Positions 1 to 9,427 of a stretch of DNA of 64,000 nucleotides are shown here, piece by piece. Both the position numbers and the translations under genes were made by a program. The number at the start of each line of letters is the position of its first letter. The first letter of the stretch is position 1. The notes under the pieces are model-generated. The model ran no database searches and was not told the origin of the DNA. It saw only the letters and a program-made list of their open reading frames with translations. The stretch spans positions 54,051 to 118,050 of the forward strand of contig JBEBGD010000004.1 of the NCBI GenBank assembly GCA_040081625.1, written 5' to 3'. This stretch comes from Chthoniobacteraceae bacterium. Lineage in GTDB: Bacteria > Verrucomicrobiota > Verrucomicrobiia > Chthoniobacterales > Chthoniobacteraceae.

Positions 1-2355
1 GTGCGCAAATTCATCTCGACGGACTCCGGCGATCTTTCGCTCGAAAACCCGATCGCCGCGCTCGGCTCAGGCGAGCTTTTCGGCGAGATGACGTGCCGGA
101 ATTTCCAGCCGCGCTCGGCGACCATCCAGGCGACCGAGGAATGCGAAGTGATCGAGATGCTGCGTGTCTTTCTCGATCTGCTCATGGGCCAGACCGACCG
201 GGAACCGGAGGTTGAATTCAATACGACGCCCGCGCAGCCGCTCGTGCCGAAGGACGAGTCGCCCGCGCCGGTCGGCCCCGATGGCAAGCCGCTGCCGCCA
301 CCTGCCGGCGAAAAGCCGCACAAGCGCCGCGAGCCGAAGGAGAGGAAACCCGGCGCGGTGTGGAAGAGCGGCTGGTGGCGTTGGGACGGGGACAAGAACC
401 AGTTTGCGTGGCGCGATGGCGGGTGGGAGGCGCCGCCGGCGAATCATTTCTGGCTCGGCGGCGCGTGGGTGCGGCGCGACCAGGAGTGGATCGAAGTCGA
501 GGGCCGCTGGCAGCCGTTCATCCTCGTCAATCCGCCGCCGGAGCCGAAAGCCGAGGAGCCGCCCGCTGCTCCGAGCGCCGAGCACTTGTGGAAGGCCGGC
601 GAGTGGGTGTGGCAGGCGGTCGATCCCACGCAGACGAGCGCGTCCGACAATTTCAAGTGGGTGCCGGGCCGATGGGACAAACCGAAAGCCAAGGGCGCCG
701 CGTGGGTGCCCGCAGAGTGGGAAGTCATCGGCGAAAACGACGGCTACCGCTACGTGCCGGGCCGCGAGGTCTCGCCCTTCCAGGTGCGGATGAACGAGAC
801 GTATCGCGCCCGGTCGCTCGTCAGCCACCTCAAGAGCGTCGAGCTTTTCGCAAAGGTCGATCCCGCCGCACTCGATGGCGTCGTCGAGCGCGCCACCTTC
901 AAGAGCTGCTACCCCGGCGAGCGCATCTGTGAGCAGGGCGATCCCGCCGAGCATTTCTACCTCATCCGCTCCGGCATGGTGAAAGTCGTCAGCGGCTTCA
1001 CGCACCTCGTCAAGACGCGCACCGAGGCGCAGCGCCACGCGCGGCGCACGATCATGGAAGTCGCGAAGCTCGACTTCCAGCTCCAGCAATCCGCGGACGA
1101 AAACGAATACGCATCGACCGCCACGCGGAAGGCCGACCTCGAGCGCAATGCCGCCGACGCCCAGGTGCGCCTGCGCCAGGCCGCGGACGAGGAAGCCGCG
1201 AGCGTCTCGACCTATCTGCGCCGCGGCGATTACTTCGGCGAGATGGGCCTCGTCGGCGGCGCATTCCCGGAGTTCGAGGACCTGAAAAAGCCGCGCCGCA
1301 CCGCGACGTGCATCGCCCTCGATCGCGTGGAACTCGTCGTGATCGCGCGCGAAGACTTCCTCGCGCTACTCGAAGCGAGCACGGTCTTCCGCGACGAGAT
1401 CCGCCTCACGGTGCAGGCGCGCCTGAGCAAGCAGCGGCTTCAGAAAGCCGTCATGCAGGGCGTCTCGACGAGCTTCTTCGAGGAGAAACTTTTCCAGGCG
1501 CAAAACCTCCTCGTCATCGACCTCGATAAATGCACGCGCTGCGACCAGTGCGTGCGCGCATGTGCCGATGCGCACGATGGCCACGCGGTGCTGCATCCCG
1601 TGACGAAGCTCGTGCGCGACGGGCGGCGATTTGAGAACTACCTCGTCACCGGCGCGTGCCGCTCGTGCTTCGATCCGCTGTGCATGACGCGCTGCCCGGT
1701 GTCGTCGATCCGCCGGAAGGAGAACCTCGAGATCATCATCGAGGACTGGTGCATCGGCTGCCGCGCGTGCTTCGAGGATTGTCCGTTTGGGAACATCAAC
1801 ATGATCGACCAGTTCGAGCTCAGCCCGTCGAACGTGGAACTCGTGCAGGGCGGCCCGCCCGCGGAGCTCACGCTCAGTGGCGTGCGCGTCGATCGCGTGA
1901 AAGAGATCATCGTCACGGTCAAGGGCGCGAAGGGCGGCGAGCGGGCGAAAGGCATCGAGGCGAGCCTCGGCGGCGGCAAGCAGGAGCGAAAGATCCTCGT
2001 GCGCGCCACCGGCGGCGAACTGCCCGACGCGAAGGCGAAGATCGCGATGGTGCTGCGGCTCAAGGATGGCTCGATCGTCGATTTCCCGAGCGGCAGCGGC
2101 GGCATCAAGGTCAAGGCCGCGGGCGAAAAAGCCGAGATCAAGGCCGGCAGCAAAGCCGTGAAAGTGAAGGCGAGCACGTGCGACCTTTGCACCGGGCTCG
2201 AAATGCCGAGCTGCGTCTATGCGTGCCCGCACGACGCGGCGATGCGCGTTTATCCCGCCGAGTTTTTCGCCAACGGCGCGCCTTTCGAGGTCAAGCGCCA
2301 GGGCCCGCAGCCCGGGGACATCGACCGCCGCACCACGCACATCCGCCTGCGCTGA
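1..2355 (+). CDS. Cyclic-nucleotide-binding domain / 4x[4Fe-4S] ferredoxin protein (5'-truncated by window edge)
   Basis: Two cNMP motifs (GELFGEM..PRSATI; GDYFGEM..RRTATC) and four Cys clusters (CTRCDQC..C, CRSC..PLC...C, CIGCRAC...C, CDLC....PSC...C). Confidence 0.85.
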   Translation: MRKFISTDSGDLSLENPIAALGSGELFGEMTCRNFQPRSATIQATEECEVIEMLRVFLDLLMGQTDREPEVEFNTTPAQPLVPKDESPAPVGPDGKPLPPPAGEKPHKRREPKERKPGAVWKSGWWRWDGDKNQFAWRDGGWEAPPANHFWLGGAWVRRDQEWIEVEGRWQPFILVNPPPEPKAEEPPAAPSAEHLWKAGEWVWQAVDPTQTSASDNFKWVPGRWDKPKAKGAAWVPAEWEVIGENDGYRYVPGREVSPFQVRMNETYRARSLVSHLKSVELFAKVDPAALDGVVERATFKSCYPGERICEQGDPAEHFYLIRSGMVKVVSGFTHLVKTRTEAQRHARRTIMEVAKLDFQLQQSADENEYASTATRKADLERNAADAQVRLRQAADEEAASVSTYLRRGDYFGEMGLVGGAFPEFEDLKKPRRTATCIALDRVELVVIAREDFLALLEASTVFRDEIRLTVQARLSKQRLQKAVMQGVSTSFFEEKLFQAQNLLVIDLDKCTRCDQCVRACADAHDGHAVLHPVTKLVRDGRRFENYLVTGACRSCFDPLCMTRCPVSSIRRKENLEIIIEDWCIGCRACFEDCPFGNINMIDQFELSPSNVELVQGGPPAELTLSGVRVDRVKEIIVTVKGAKGGERAKGIEASLGGGKQERKILVRATGGELPDAKAKIAMVLRLKDGSIVDFPSGSGGIKVKAAGEKAEIKAGSKAVKVKASTCDLCTGLEMPSCVYACPHDAAMRVYPAEFFANGAPFEVKRQGPQPGDIDRRTTHIRLR

Positions 2356-2363
2356 GTGCGCCG

Positions 2364-4397
2364 CTACGGCGCCGCCAGCCGCGCCTGCGTGCCCGCGGGT
2401 GCGAAGGTCGCGTAGCCGGTGTCGATGCCAGCGGCGAAGAAGCCGAAGCCCGCGCCTTGTTTCTGGAGGATGACGCCGCGGAACTTCGCCGCCGCACCGG
2501 TCTGCGGATGGATGAATGTTCCGCCGAAGTTGCCGCGCAGCGGATTGATCCGCGCGCTCAATCCCGCGACTGTCGGGGCGGAGATGGTGATCGCGTTTGC
2601 GCGGGAGAGCGTCGCGGGCTGGACGAGCGTCGCGGCGAGCCCGCCGTCGCCGAGCGAGAGCGCGGTGTTGTTCGCGCCGTCGCTCACGGGCACGACGGGC
2701 TGATCGAGCGCCGGGGTGCGGTATCGGCTGCCGACAGTCGCGAGATCGAGCGACAGACCATCGGGCCGCGACCAGCGCAGCGAGCCATCGAGTTCGTTGA
2801 CTTCCTGTTCGCGAAATTGCAGCGCTCCGGTGAGCACACCCGCGCCGCTGTAGAGTTGGGCGAAGATCGGCGCCTCGCCGTCGCGAGTGAGCCGCGCACG
2901 CACCAAGAACGGCGCTCCGTCGGCGAGCGCGCCGGAGAGCGTGACGACGCCGGTCGTGCTCACGGACACGGTCGCAGCGCCGTCGCCGGATGGTGCTCCC
3001 GGCGCCTGCGTCGAGGGAAGCACGAGCGTGTAGCGACCGGCGTGCGGGTCAGCGGCGTCCGGCTTCACGAGCCCATCGAGTGCGAGGTCGGCACTCCAGC
3101 CTTCGCCGGACACGGTGCCGGAGATCGAGGCGTTCGCGTAGGTGAGCGTGAGGGCATACGTCGCGACATTCACCCGCGCGGCGCCGGTCGCGTCGAAGCG
3201 GCCTTTGAAGACGAGCGATTGGCCGTTGAGCCGCAGGCGTCCGGTGAAGAGTCCGTTGCTGCCCAGGCTCAGGGTCGCGACTCCGCGCGTGCCGTCCGAG
3301 CCGGTGAATAGCCCCGCGTAGCCGCCCGCGCCGGCGAGGAATGGATTCGGGATGAACGCCGCGGCGAGCGCCAGCCCGCCCTCGGGCACGCTGAAGGTGA
3401 GCGTCCGCGAGAGCGTCGTCGCGCCGCCGCTCCAGCCTGCAAAGATCGAGCCGGCCAGTGGGGTCGCGGTGATCGTGTAACTGCGACCGACCTCGCGCAG
3501 CGAGGTGCCGGCGAATCCGGCGGTGATGCTGCCGCTGCCGGTGAGCGAGATCACGACCGGTGCGAGCACGACGTAGCGAATGTTGCGCGTCGCGGTGCGC
3601 AGCACGGCGCCTCCGGCGGAGAGGCTTTCGATGCGCAGCGTGTTTGCGCCGGGCGCGAGTCCATCGACTTGCGCGGACCACGAGGTCGTCCCGTTTGCTG
3701 AAGTCCATGCGCCTTCACCGAGCGAGTTTTCCACCCGCACGCGCACCGACGCGGCAAGGGGCTCGCCGCCCGCCGTGCCGCGCACCGTCACGAATGGATC
3801 GTTCACTTGCGCGCCGCTCGCCGGCGCGGTGATGGAAAGCTGCGGCCCGGAGGGCGGCGCGGTGAGGACGACCCAATACCACTGCCACTGACTGCCGGGC
3901 ACGTTCACGAACCCGACGCCGACCGAGGTTTGCGCGGCAAAAAACGGGACTTCACCGAGCAGGTGCTGCTTGTGCAGCGACGAACTCATCCAGTCATTCC
4001 ACGCGGCGCCCGTGGACTCGCGTCCGGCGCTGAGCGACTCGATATTATTTCCGCTCACGGACATGTCGTAGCCGGCGGGCAGCGAGTAGCCGGCCTGGCG
4101 CACGAGGTAGTTCGCGCCGCGACCGCTCGGGTCCACGTGGGCGAAGTATCCGCGCGCGGCCATGTCCGCAGCTTTCGCGCGGGCGACTCGGCAGAGGATC
4201 GGGTCGAGCGTCACGGACGCGCGACGCTGGCCACTCGCGTTTTTCATCAGGTTAAAGATCGCGAGTTCCTGCGCGTTCACTTCCGCCGCGCGACTCACGG
4301 AGGCGGAGAAGAGCCCGCTGAAAAGGACGACGAACGCGACGGCAAACACGCGGACAGCCTTGAAAGCGAGGGCTGTGAGCAGTGGCGTTGGCGTCAT
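2364..4397 (-). CDS. Secreted CAP/SCP-domain protein with Ig-like segments and Gly-rich beta C-terminal domain
   Basis: Signal peptide; CAP motifs (ARAKAADMAARGYFAH, WMSSSLHKQHLL); start uncertain (4397/4415/4421). Confidence 0.75.
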   Translation of the reverse strand: MTPTPLLTALAFKAVRVFAVAFVVLFSGLFSASVSRAAEVNAQELAIFNLMKNASGQRRASVTLDPILCRVARAKAADMAARGYFAHVDPSGRGANYLVRQAGYSLPAGYDMSVSGNNIESLSAGRESTGAAWNDWMSSSLHKQHLLGEVPFFAAQTSVGVGFVNVPGSQWQWYWVVLTAPPSGPQLSITAPASGAQVNDPFVTVRGTAGGEPLAASVRVRVENSLGEGAWTSANGTTSWSAQVDGLAPGANTLRIESLSAGGAVLRTATRNIRYVVLAPVVISLTGSGSITAGFAGTSLREVGRSYTITATPLAGSIFAGWSGGATTLSRTLTFSVPEGGLALAAAFIPNPFLAGAGGYAGLFTGSDGTRGVATLSLGSNGLFTGRLRLNGQSLVFKGRFDATGAARVNVATYALTLTYANASISGTVSGEGWSADLALDGLVKPDAADPHAGRYTLVLPSTQAPGAPSGDGAATVSVSTTGVVTLSGALADGAPFLVRARLTRDGEAPIFAQLYSGAGVLTGALQFREQEVNELDGSLRWSRPDGLSLDLATVGSRYRTPALDQPVVPVSDGANNTALSLGDGGLAATLVQPATLSRANAITISAPTVAGLSARINPLRGNFGGTFIHPQTGAAAKFRGVILQKQGAGFGFFAAGIDTGYATFAPAGTQARLAAP

Positions 4398-4493
4398 GTG
4401 GGCGTGGCGGTCCATGGGCAACCGCTCTTTAAGCCCGCAGCGTGCCAGTCTCTGTAATCGCCTATGGAAAATACAATAAAGTCGGCAAATCGC

Positions 4494-5798
4494 TCACGGG
4501 ACGGACTCTAGCACCGCCTCCTTCGCCCCGTCCTCAGGCATCGCCTGAAACGTCCCCGTCCCCACCAGCCGCTCGAAAATCGGCGACGCCATGAGCGTCG
4601 TGATCACAGCCATGATCACCAGCGTCGCAAACAGCCCCTCGGTGATCACCCCGCGCTGGAGGCCGATGTTGATGATAATCAGCTCCATCAAGCCGCGCGC
4701 ATTCATCAGCGTGCCGATGCCGAGCGCCTCGCGGTTCGAGATCCCGGTCGCGCGCGCCGCGAGCCAGCAGGCCACGCCCTTGCCGAGCACCGCCACGACC
4801 AGCACCGCGCCGCACATCAGCCACAGGTAGCCGGTATTCAGCAGGCCGATCTTCGTGTTCAGCCCCGAGTAGGTGAAAAACAGCGGCAGCAACAGCGCGA
4901 CCGTGAGCGGCTGGATGCGGGCGACCAGATCGCGCGCCATCACCCCGCGCGGCATCGCCGCGCCCATCACGAACGCGCCGAAGACCGCATGCAGCCCGAT
5001 CATATCCGTGAACCACGCGCCGAGCGCCATCAGCGCCAGCCCCACCACGAGCCCCGACTCGGCGAGCACGCCGTCCTTCACCATGAACCGCTCCAGCCTC
5101 GCGAGCAGCGGACGCACGACGACGAGCGTAAACGCCACGTAGCCCGCGCCGCCGCCGATATTCACCAGCGCGGAGTTCCAGTCGTTGTCGAAACTCGCCA
5201 ACACCACCGCGAGCAGGCACCACGCAGTCGCGTCGTCGATCGCCCCCGCGCCGATCGCGACGGTCCCCATCGTCGTGCCGTTGAGTTTTTTGAAATGGAT
5301 GATCCGCGCGAGCATCGGGAACGCGGTGATGCACATCGACGCGCCGAGAAAAAGCATCGCCTCGGCGAGCGACGTCTTTTTCGGAAACAGCTCCGTGTGA
5401 TGAAAGAAAACCCAGCCCAGCCCGGCACCGAGCACGAACGGCGCGATCATCCCCGCCGCCGACACCGCGATCGAGCTCTTCATGCGCCGCTGGATGATAT
5501 CCATCCTGAACTCCATCCCGACGATGAACATGTAAAGCGCCAGCCCGAGCTGCGACGCCGGGAAGAGATAGCTCTGCGTGTCGCGCGTCGTCTGCGACTT
5601 GTCCCACGGGAAAAGCCACGCCTGCGCCTCCGGCGCGAGCAACCCGAAAAGCGACGGCCCGAGCAGCACCCCCGCGATCATCTCCGCCACCACCTGCGGC
5701 TGACCAAACCGCGCCGCGACCGCACCGACGAGCCGGCAGAAAAGCAGGATCACCGCGAGCTGCAGGAAGAACTGGATGGCGAGGTGCAGGTTGGACAT
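4494..5798 (-). CDS. Cation:proton antiporter (CPA2 family)
   Basis: Multi-TM protein; GQPQVVAEMIAGVLLGPS, ITAFPMLARI, IDD and MNARGLMELI motifs. Confidence 0.9.
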   Translation of the reverse strand: MSNLHLAIQFFLQLAVILLFCRLVGAVAARFGQPQVVAEMIAGVLLGPSLFGLLAPEAQAWLFPWDKSQTTRDTQSYLFPASQLGLALYMFIVGMEFRMDIIQRRMKSSIAVSAAGMIAPFVLGAGLGWVFFHHTELFPKKTSLAEAMLFLGASMCITAFPMLARIIHFKKLNGTTMGTVAIGAGAIDDATAWCLLAVVLASFDNDWNSALVNIGGGAGYVAFTLVVVRPLLARLERFMVKDGVLAESGLVVGLALMALGAWFTDMIGLHAVFGAFVMGAAMPRGVMARDLVARIQPLTVALLLPLFFTYSGLNTKIGLLNTGYLWLMCGAVLVVAVLGKGVACWLAARATGISNREALGIGTLMNARGLMELIIINIGLQRGVITEGLFATLVIMAVITTLMASPIFERLVGTGTFQAMPEDGAKEAVLESVP

Positions 5799-5842
5799 CG
5801 GACGGAAACGTCGTGTCTAGCGGATCGAGGCTTGTAACGGAA

Positions 5843-5879
5843 ATAGAGTTTCGGTATCAGGCTTATGCCATGCCGTTAT
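5843..5879. promoter_or_regulatory. Putative LysR-type operator boxes (T-N11-A) in divergent intergenic region
   Basis: ATAG-N7-GTAT (5843-5857) and ATGC-N7-TTAT (5865-5879) between the antiporter and the LysR gene. Confidence 0.45.
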
Positions 5880-5886
5880 CAGAACC

Positions 5887-6801
5887 ATGGAGCTGAGACA
5901 CCTCCGCTACTTCCAGGCCGTCGCCGAGGAACTCAGCTACTCACGCGCGGCGCGCCGGCTGCACATCGCCCAGCCCGCACTCAGCCGCGCGGTGCAGGAG
6001 ATCGAGCGCGAACTCGGCGTGAACCTCCTCGACCGCACCCGCAGCAGCGTGCGCCTCACACCCGCGGGCAAAGTGCTCCTGCGCGAGACCGCGCTCATCT
6101 TCGAGAGATGGGACGAGGCGATGAGCCGCGTCCTCCGCACCGCGGGCGGCGAGGAGGGCGAACTTCGCCTCGGCTACATCGGACCGCCGACGCAACCCTT
6201 CCTCGGCCGCCTGCTCGGAGAATACCGGCGGCGTTATCCGCTCGTGGCCATCCATCTCGAGGAGCGCACACCGGAGCGGGTGTGGGAGATGGTCGCAAAG
6301 AGCCGCCTCTCCATCGGTCTCACCCGACCCGTGCCGATGGCGGAAGCACTCGGCCTGCGCACGATCAAACTGCGCGACGAACGGCTCGGCATCGTCGTCC
6401 CCGTCGCGCACCCGCTCGCGAAGCGAAAGAACATCGCGTGGCGCGCGCTCGAGCGGGAGCCGCTCATCGTCCTCGCGCGCCGCGAAGGTGTGGGCCTGCA
6501 CGACGCCGTGCTCGCCGGCTGTCGCGCCGCCGGCTTCGCCCCGAAGCTCGCGCACACGCCGAGCCTCATCGGCACCGTCCTCAGCTATGTCGAAGCCGGG
6601 AGCGGCGTGGGCATCGTGACCGATAGTATCGTCGCGCCGGAACTCCCGCTGCACTTCGTCCCGCTCAAGCCGACGGTGTCCGTCCCGCTGGTCCTCGTAT
6701 GGCAGGAAGACGAAGATGCCCCGCCCGTGCAGCGCTTTCGCGAACTCGTGATCGAATGGCAGCGCGCCGGCAAACTGTGGGCCAAGCGTCCCAGCCGCTG
6801 A
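5887..6801 (+). CDS. LysR family transcriptional regulator
   Basis: MELRHLRYF..AEELSYSRAARRLHIAQPALS HTH; substrate-binding domain. Confidence 0.95.
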   Translation: MELRHLRYFQAVAEELSYSRAARRLHIAQPALSRAVQEIERELGVNLLDRTRSSVRLTPAGKVLLRETALIFERWDEAMSRVLRTAGGEEGELRLGYIGPPTQPFLGRLLGEYRRRYPLVAIHLEERTPERVWEMVAKSRLSIGLTRPVPMAEALGLRTIKLRDERLGIVVPVAHPLAKRKNIAWRALEREPLIVLARREGVGLHDAVLAGCRAAGFAPKLAHTPSLIGTVLSYVEAGSGVGIVTDSIVAPELPLHFVPLKPTVSVPLVLVWQEDEDAPPVQRFRELVIEWQRAGKLWAKRPSR

Positions 6802-6809
6802 CGACTCCG

Positions 6810-7061
6810 GCTTCATTGATTCAGCACAGGTGGTGAATGAGATCACCGATAGACTCAATTAATTGTTCCTGTCGGTGAATAAACTCAGCATCAGACTCAA
6901 TCAACTGAGCCAAAAGGTAAACTCATTCACCCATAGACTCATCAAATTGAGCTTGTCTGTGACCTGATTCATCAACAGGCTCAACTCACTGAGCCTAACG
7001 CTGAATCAATTCACCGATGCGCTCACCCGGCTGAGCCTTTTCCTGAATCAACTCACCTCAT
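6810..7061. repeat. AT-rich degenerate tandem array, ~6 units of 42 bp (21-bp sub-period)
   Basis: Units start at 6810, 6852, 6894, 6936, 6978, 7020; TCA conserved at unit positions 4-6 and 34-36, TGA mostly at 13-15 and 25-27. Confidence 0.8.
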
Positions 7062-7105
7062 TTCCTACCGCTGCCAGAGTAAACATCCGTCCGATCCTCA
7101 TTCCC

Positions 7106-7432
7106 ATGAACGACCAACCCAGCCCCGCCCCCGAATCCGCGCCCGACTACCAATTCCCGCTGCGATTCTACGCCCAGCTCACCCACCCGCTGCGCATCTG
7201 GATCATCCGGCAACTCGCGCAAGGCGTGGAACTCTCGCCAAAGCACGTCGCCAAAGCCCGGGGCCGCAAATACCGCGCAGTGAACCTGCACTGCCAGAGC
7301 CTGCACGAAGCCGGCGTCGTCTCCTGGCGCCCCGGCAAAGACCGCCGCTGGGATGTCTATTTCATCCCCGAAGGAATCCGCCGCGAACCCGGCTGGCTCG
7401 ACTACGGCTTCTGCCGCTTCCGAATCCAGTAA
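7106..7432 (+). CDS. Small winged-helix (ArsR-like) DNA-binding protein
   Basis: LTHPLRIWIIRQL...HCQSLHEAGVV...DRRWDVYFI resembles an ArsR wHTH. Confidence 0.65.
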   Translation: MNDQPSPAPESAPDYQFPLRFYAQLTHPLRIWIIRQLAQGVELSPKHVAKARGRKYRAVNLHCQSLHEAGVVSWRPGKDRRWDVYFIPEGIRREPGWLDYGFCRFRIQ

Positions 7433-7541
7433 GCCCCCGCCGCCGGGGAGACGCACGTTTTCGTGCTCGCCTTCCCCGCCGCGATCCGCTGTCCTGCGCA
7501 GCATTCGTCATGAAACCGACGCCGTCCCTGCTGTTCCTTGT

Positions 7542-7571
7542 CCTCGCTCCCAAGTTGGGGACTTGGGAGCG
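7542..7571. repeat. REP-like palindrome, copy 1
   Basis: cgctcccaagt-tgggg-acttgggagcg; related to the copy at 9428. Confidence 0.65.
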
Positions 7572-7665
7572 GAACCTTGCGGCGGCAACTCCAGTTACCG
7601 TGGCGGGTGGTGGATGACCTTATCGGAACCCCATCGACCACTGCTTCACCGTCATACTCCACGCC

Positions 7666-8610
7666 ATGAGCGGAACACCACTTGTCAACCAATTCACCGG
7701 TCGCTGGATTTCGCAGCAGACGCGGGAGATCAACAACGAGTATTACATCCAGGTCCAAGCCCAAACGAGCGAGGCAGCGCTTCGCTGCCAGCGCGCACAG
7801 TTGAAGGCGCAGGTTGCAGCAGCAGCACTGAATCTGCGAGGCCAGATGGAACTCGCGCAGCGGCAGGACACCGCGAACCAAATCCTCGGAGGGCTGGCAG
7901 GGGACATGGGCTCTCTGCTCGGTTTGGCAGAACAAATGAGTGGGCACCTCGAGTCCATCGAATCCACCTTGGAGAACGTCAACGCAACGATTCAGCAGGG
8001 CTTCGCGTCCGTGACCGCTGTGCTCGAAAGGGCCGTCACCGTGCTCGTGCAGCAGCAGAAAACCATCACGCAAATCGCCGACACACTTAGCAGACCCAAC
8101 GAAACGGAAGCCCGTGAGTGTCTGCGCGACGGCCAGGTAATGTTGGATTCATACATGCAAACTGAGGGGCGCGAGCAGCAGGAAAACGCAAAGGACGCGC
8201 TCCGGCTTTTCCACCGCGTTATAGACAATGAGATCGGCAAACAGAGCTACGTGGCTTGGTTCAACATCGGCTATTTGCGCTGGCAACATCTGAAAGACGT
8301 AATGGAGGCAGAGGAGGCCTTTTTCCAAGCTCAACGTCTCAGCGGGATAAGGCAGGATTACGCGTGGCAGACACAGAGCCTTCGCCACATGGCCGAGATG
8401 CAACGATTGCAGGACCGGGTGGAGGAGGCTTATCACACGGTTCACCGCGCCCTCGCCATCAGCCGCGAATACGAGTCTCTTTTGTGTGCCGCGCGCTACG
8501 CGAAAAAAACTAGCAAGACCGAGGAGTTTATGACGCTGCTTGACGAATGCATCGAAATGAGGCCGGAAACGATCATCACCATGTTTGCCGAGGAGGATTT
8601 CAAGGATTGA
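7666..8610 (+). CDS. Coiled-coil + TPR-like hypothetical protein (lower GC)
   Basis: Q/E-rich helical N-terminus; TPR-like AWFNIGYL...EAEEAFFQA. Confidence 0.65.
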   Translation: MSGTPLVNQFTGRWISQQTREINNEYYIQVQAQTSEAALRCQRAQLKAQVAAAALNLRGQMELAQRQDTANQILGGLAGDMGSLLGLAEQMSGHLESIESTLENVNATIQQGFASVTAVLERAVTVLVQQQKTITQIADTLSRPNETEARECLRDGQVMLDSYMQTEGREQQENAKDALRLFHRVIDNEIGKQSYVAWFNIGYLRWQHLKDVMEAEEAFFQAQRLSGIRQDYAWQTQSLRHMAEMQRLQDRVEEAYHTVHRALAISREYESLLCAARYAKKTSKTEEFMTLLDECIEMRPETIITMFAEEDFKD

Positions 8611-9407
8611 GCGCTGCGCTTCAATCCCTCGCATCCCGCAGGCTCGCCATTGGGCGCGAACGGGCGCTGAAGGCGCAGCGGGAACTGGCCGCAACTTTCG
8701 ACCTCCTGCTTCTTGCTGAACGGGAGCACAATGTTGTTTTCCCTTGGTCGTGGCGGGAATATCAGACCCGACTCCGCGACGAGAAACAGTGCCAGGAGGC
8801 CGGCTACCTCGATTTACTCGCCATTGAGGCGGTCGCACACAAGACCAACGCGGAAGTGCTGGAAAAAGCACTCCGCTCCATGAATGAACGCCTTAAAGTG
8901 TTGCAAGATACTGTTGCCGAAGCACGACGAGAAATTGAAGTCCAGACGCAGAAGCACAACAAGGTGCTGGGAGATGCAAAAAACGTCCTGGCAGACGATC
9001 AAGGTGGTAGGCATATAAAACTTCCGGCGAAAAACATCCCTTCGCCATTGGAAGGAACGGGATGTTTTTTCGGGGTAGTAAGTGGTTTTTTCTTTGGGGG
9101 GTTAACTGGAGGGATCGTAAGCACATTTTTCCCTGACAGGGAAAAGGGACTTATTTTATTTGTATGCATGTCCAGCTTTTATTTTTTTCCTCAGCTTATT
9201 GGCTATGTGGTTTGGCGAGTAAAGTGCCGTAATAGCGTGCGTAGCGCCAATATTAGCGCGGCGTTTACGATTCGAGTGGAGAATCAGCAGTTTCAAGATC
9301 GCTTGCCGAGACTTCAACAACAGCTTGCAGAAGCCGAGAGAACTTTGCGGAGTTCCGGACTTGCGCAGACGGCGATACATACACGTTTGCAGGCTGCGGG
9401 GTCATGA
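8607..9407 (+). CDS. Hypothetical coiled-coil protein with two TM helices (TTG start, or frameshifted 3' half of the previous gene)
   Basis: TTGA overlap with the upstream stop, AGGAGG upstream; two hydrophobic segments; AT-rich codons. Confidence 0.55.
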   Translation: MSAALQSLASRRLAIGRERALKAQRELAATFDLLLLAEREHNVVFPWSWREYQTRLRDEKQCQEAGYLDLLAIEAVAHKTNAEVLEKALRSMNERLKVLQDTVAEARREIEVQTQKHNKVLGDAKNVLADDQGGRHIKLPAKNIPSPLEGTGCFFGVVSGFFFGGLTGGIVSTFFPDREKGLILFVCMSSFYFFPQLIGYVVWRVKCRNSVRSANISAAFTIRVENQQFQDRLPRLQQQLAEAERTLRSSGLAQTAIHTRLQAAGS

Positions 9408-9427
9408 ACGGGGTTCCGCTCTTTTTC

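Noticed and set aside
6810..7061. CRISPR array
   Set aside because: No identical 23-47 bp direct repeats with unique spacers and no cas genes; conservation is limited to 3-5 bp motifs
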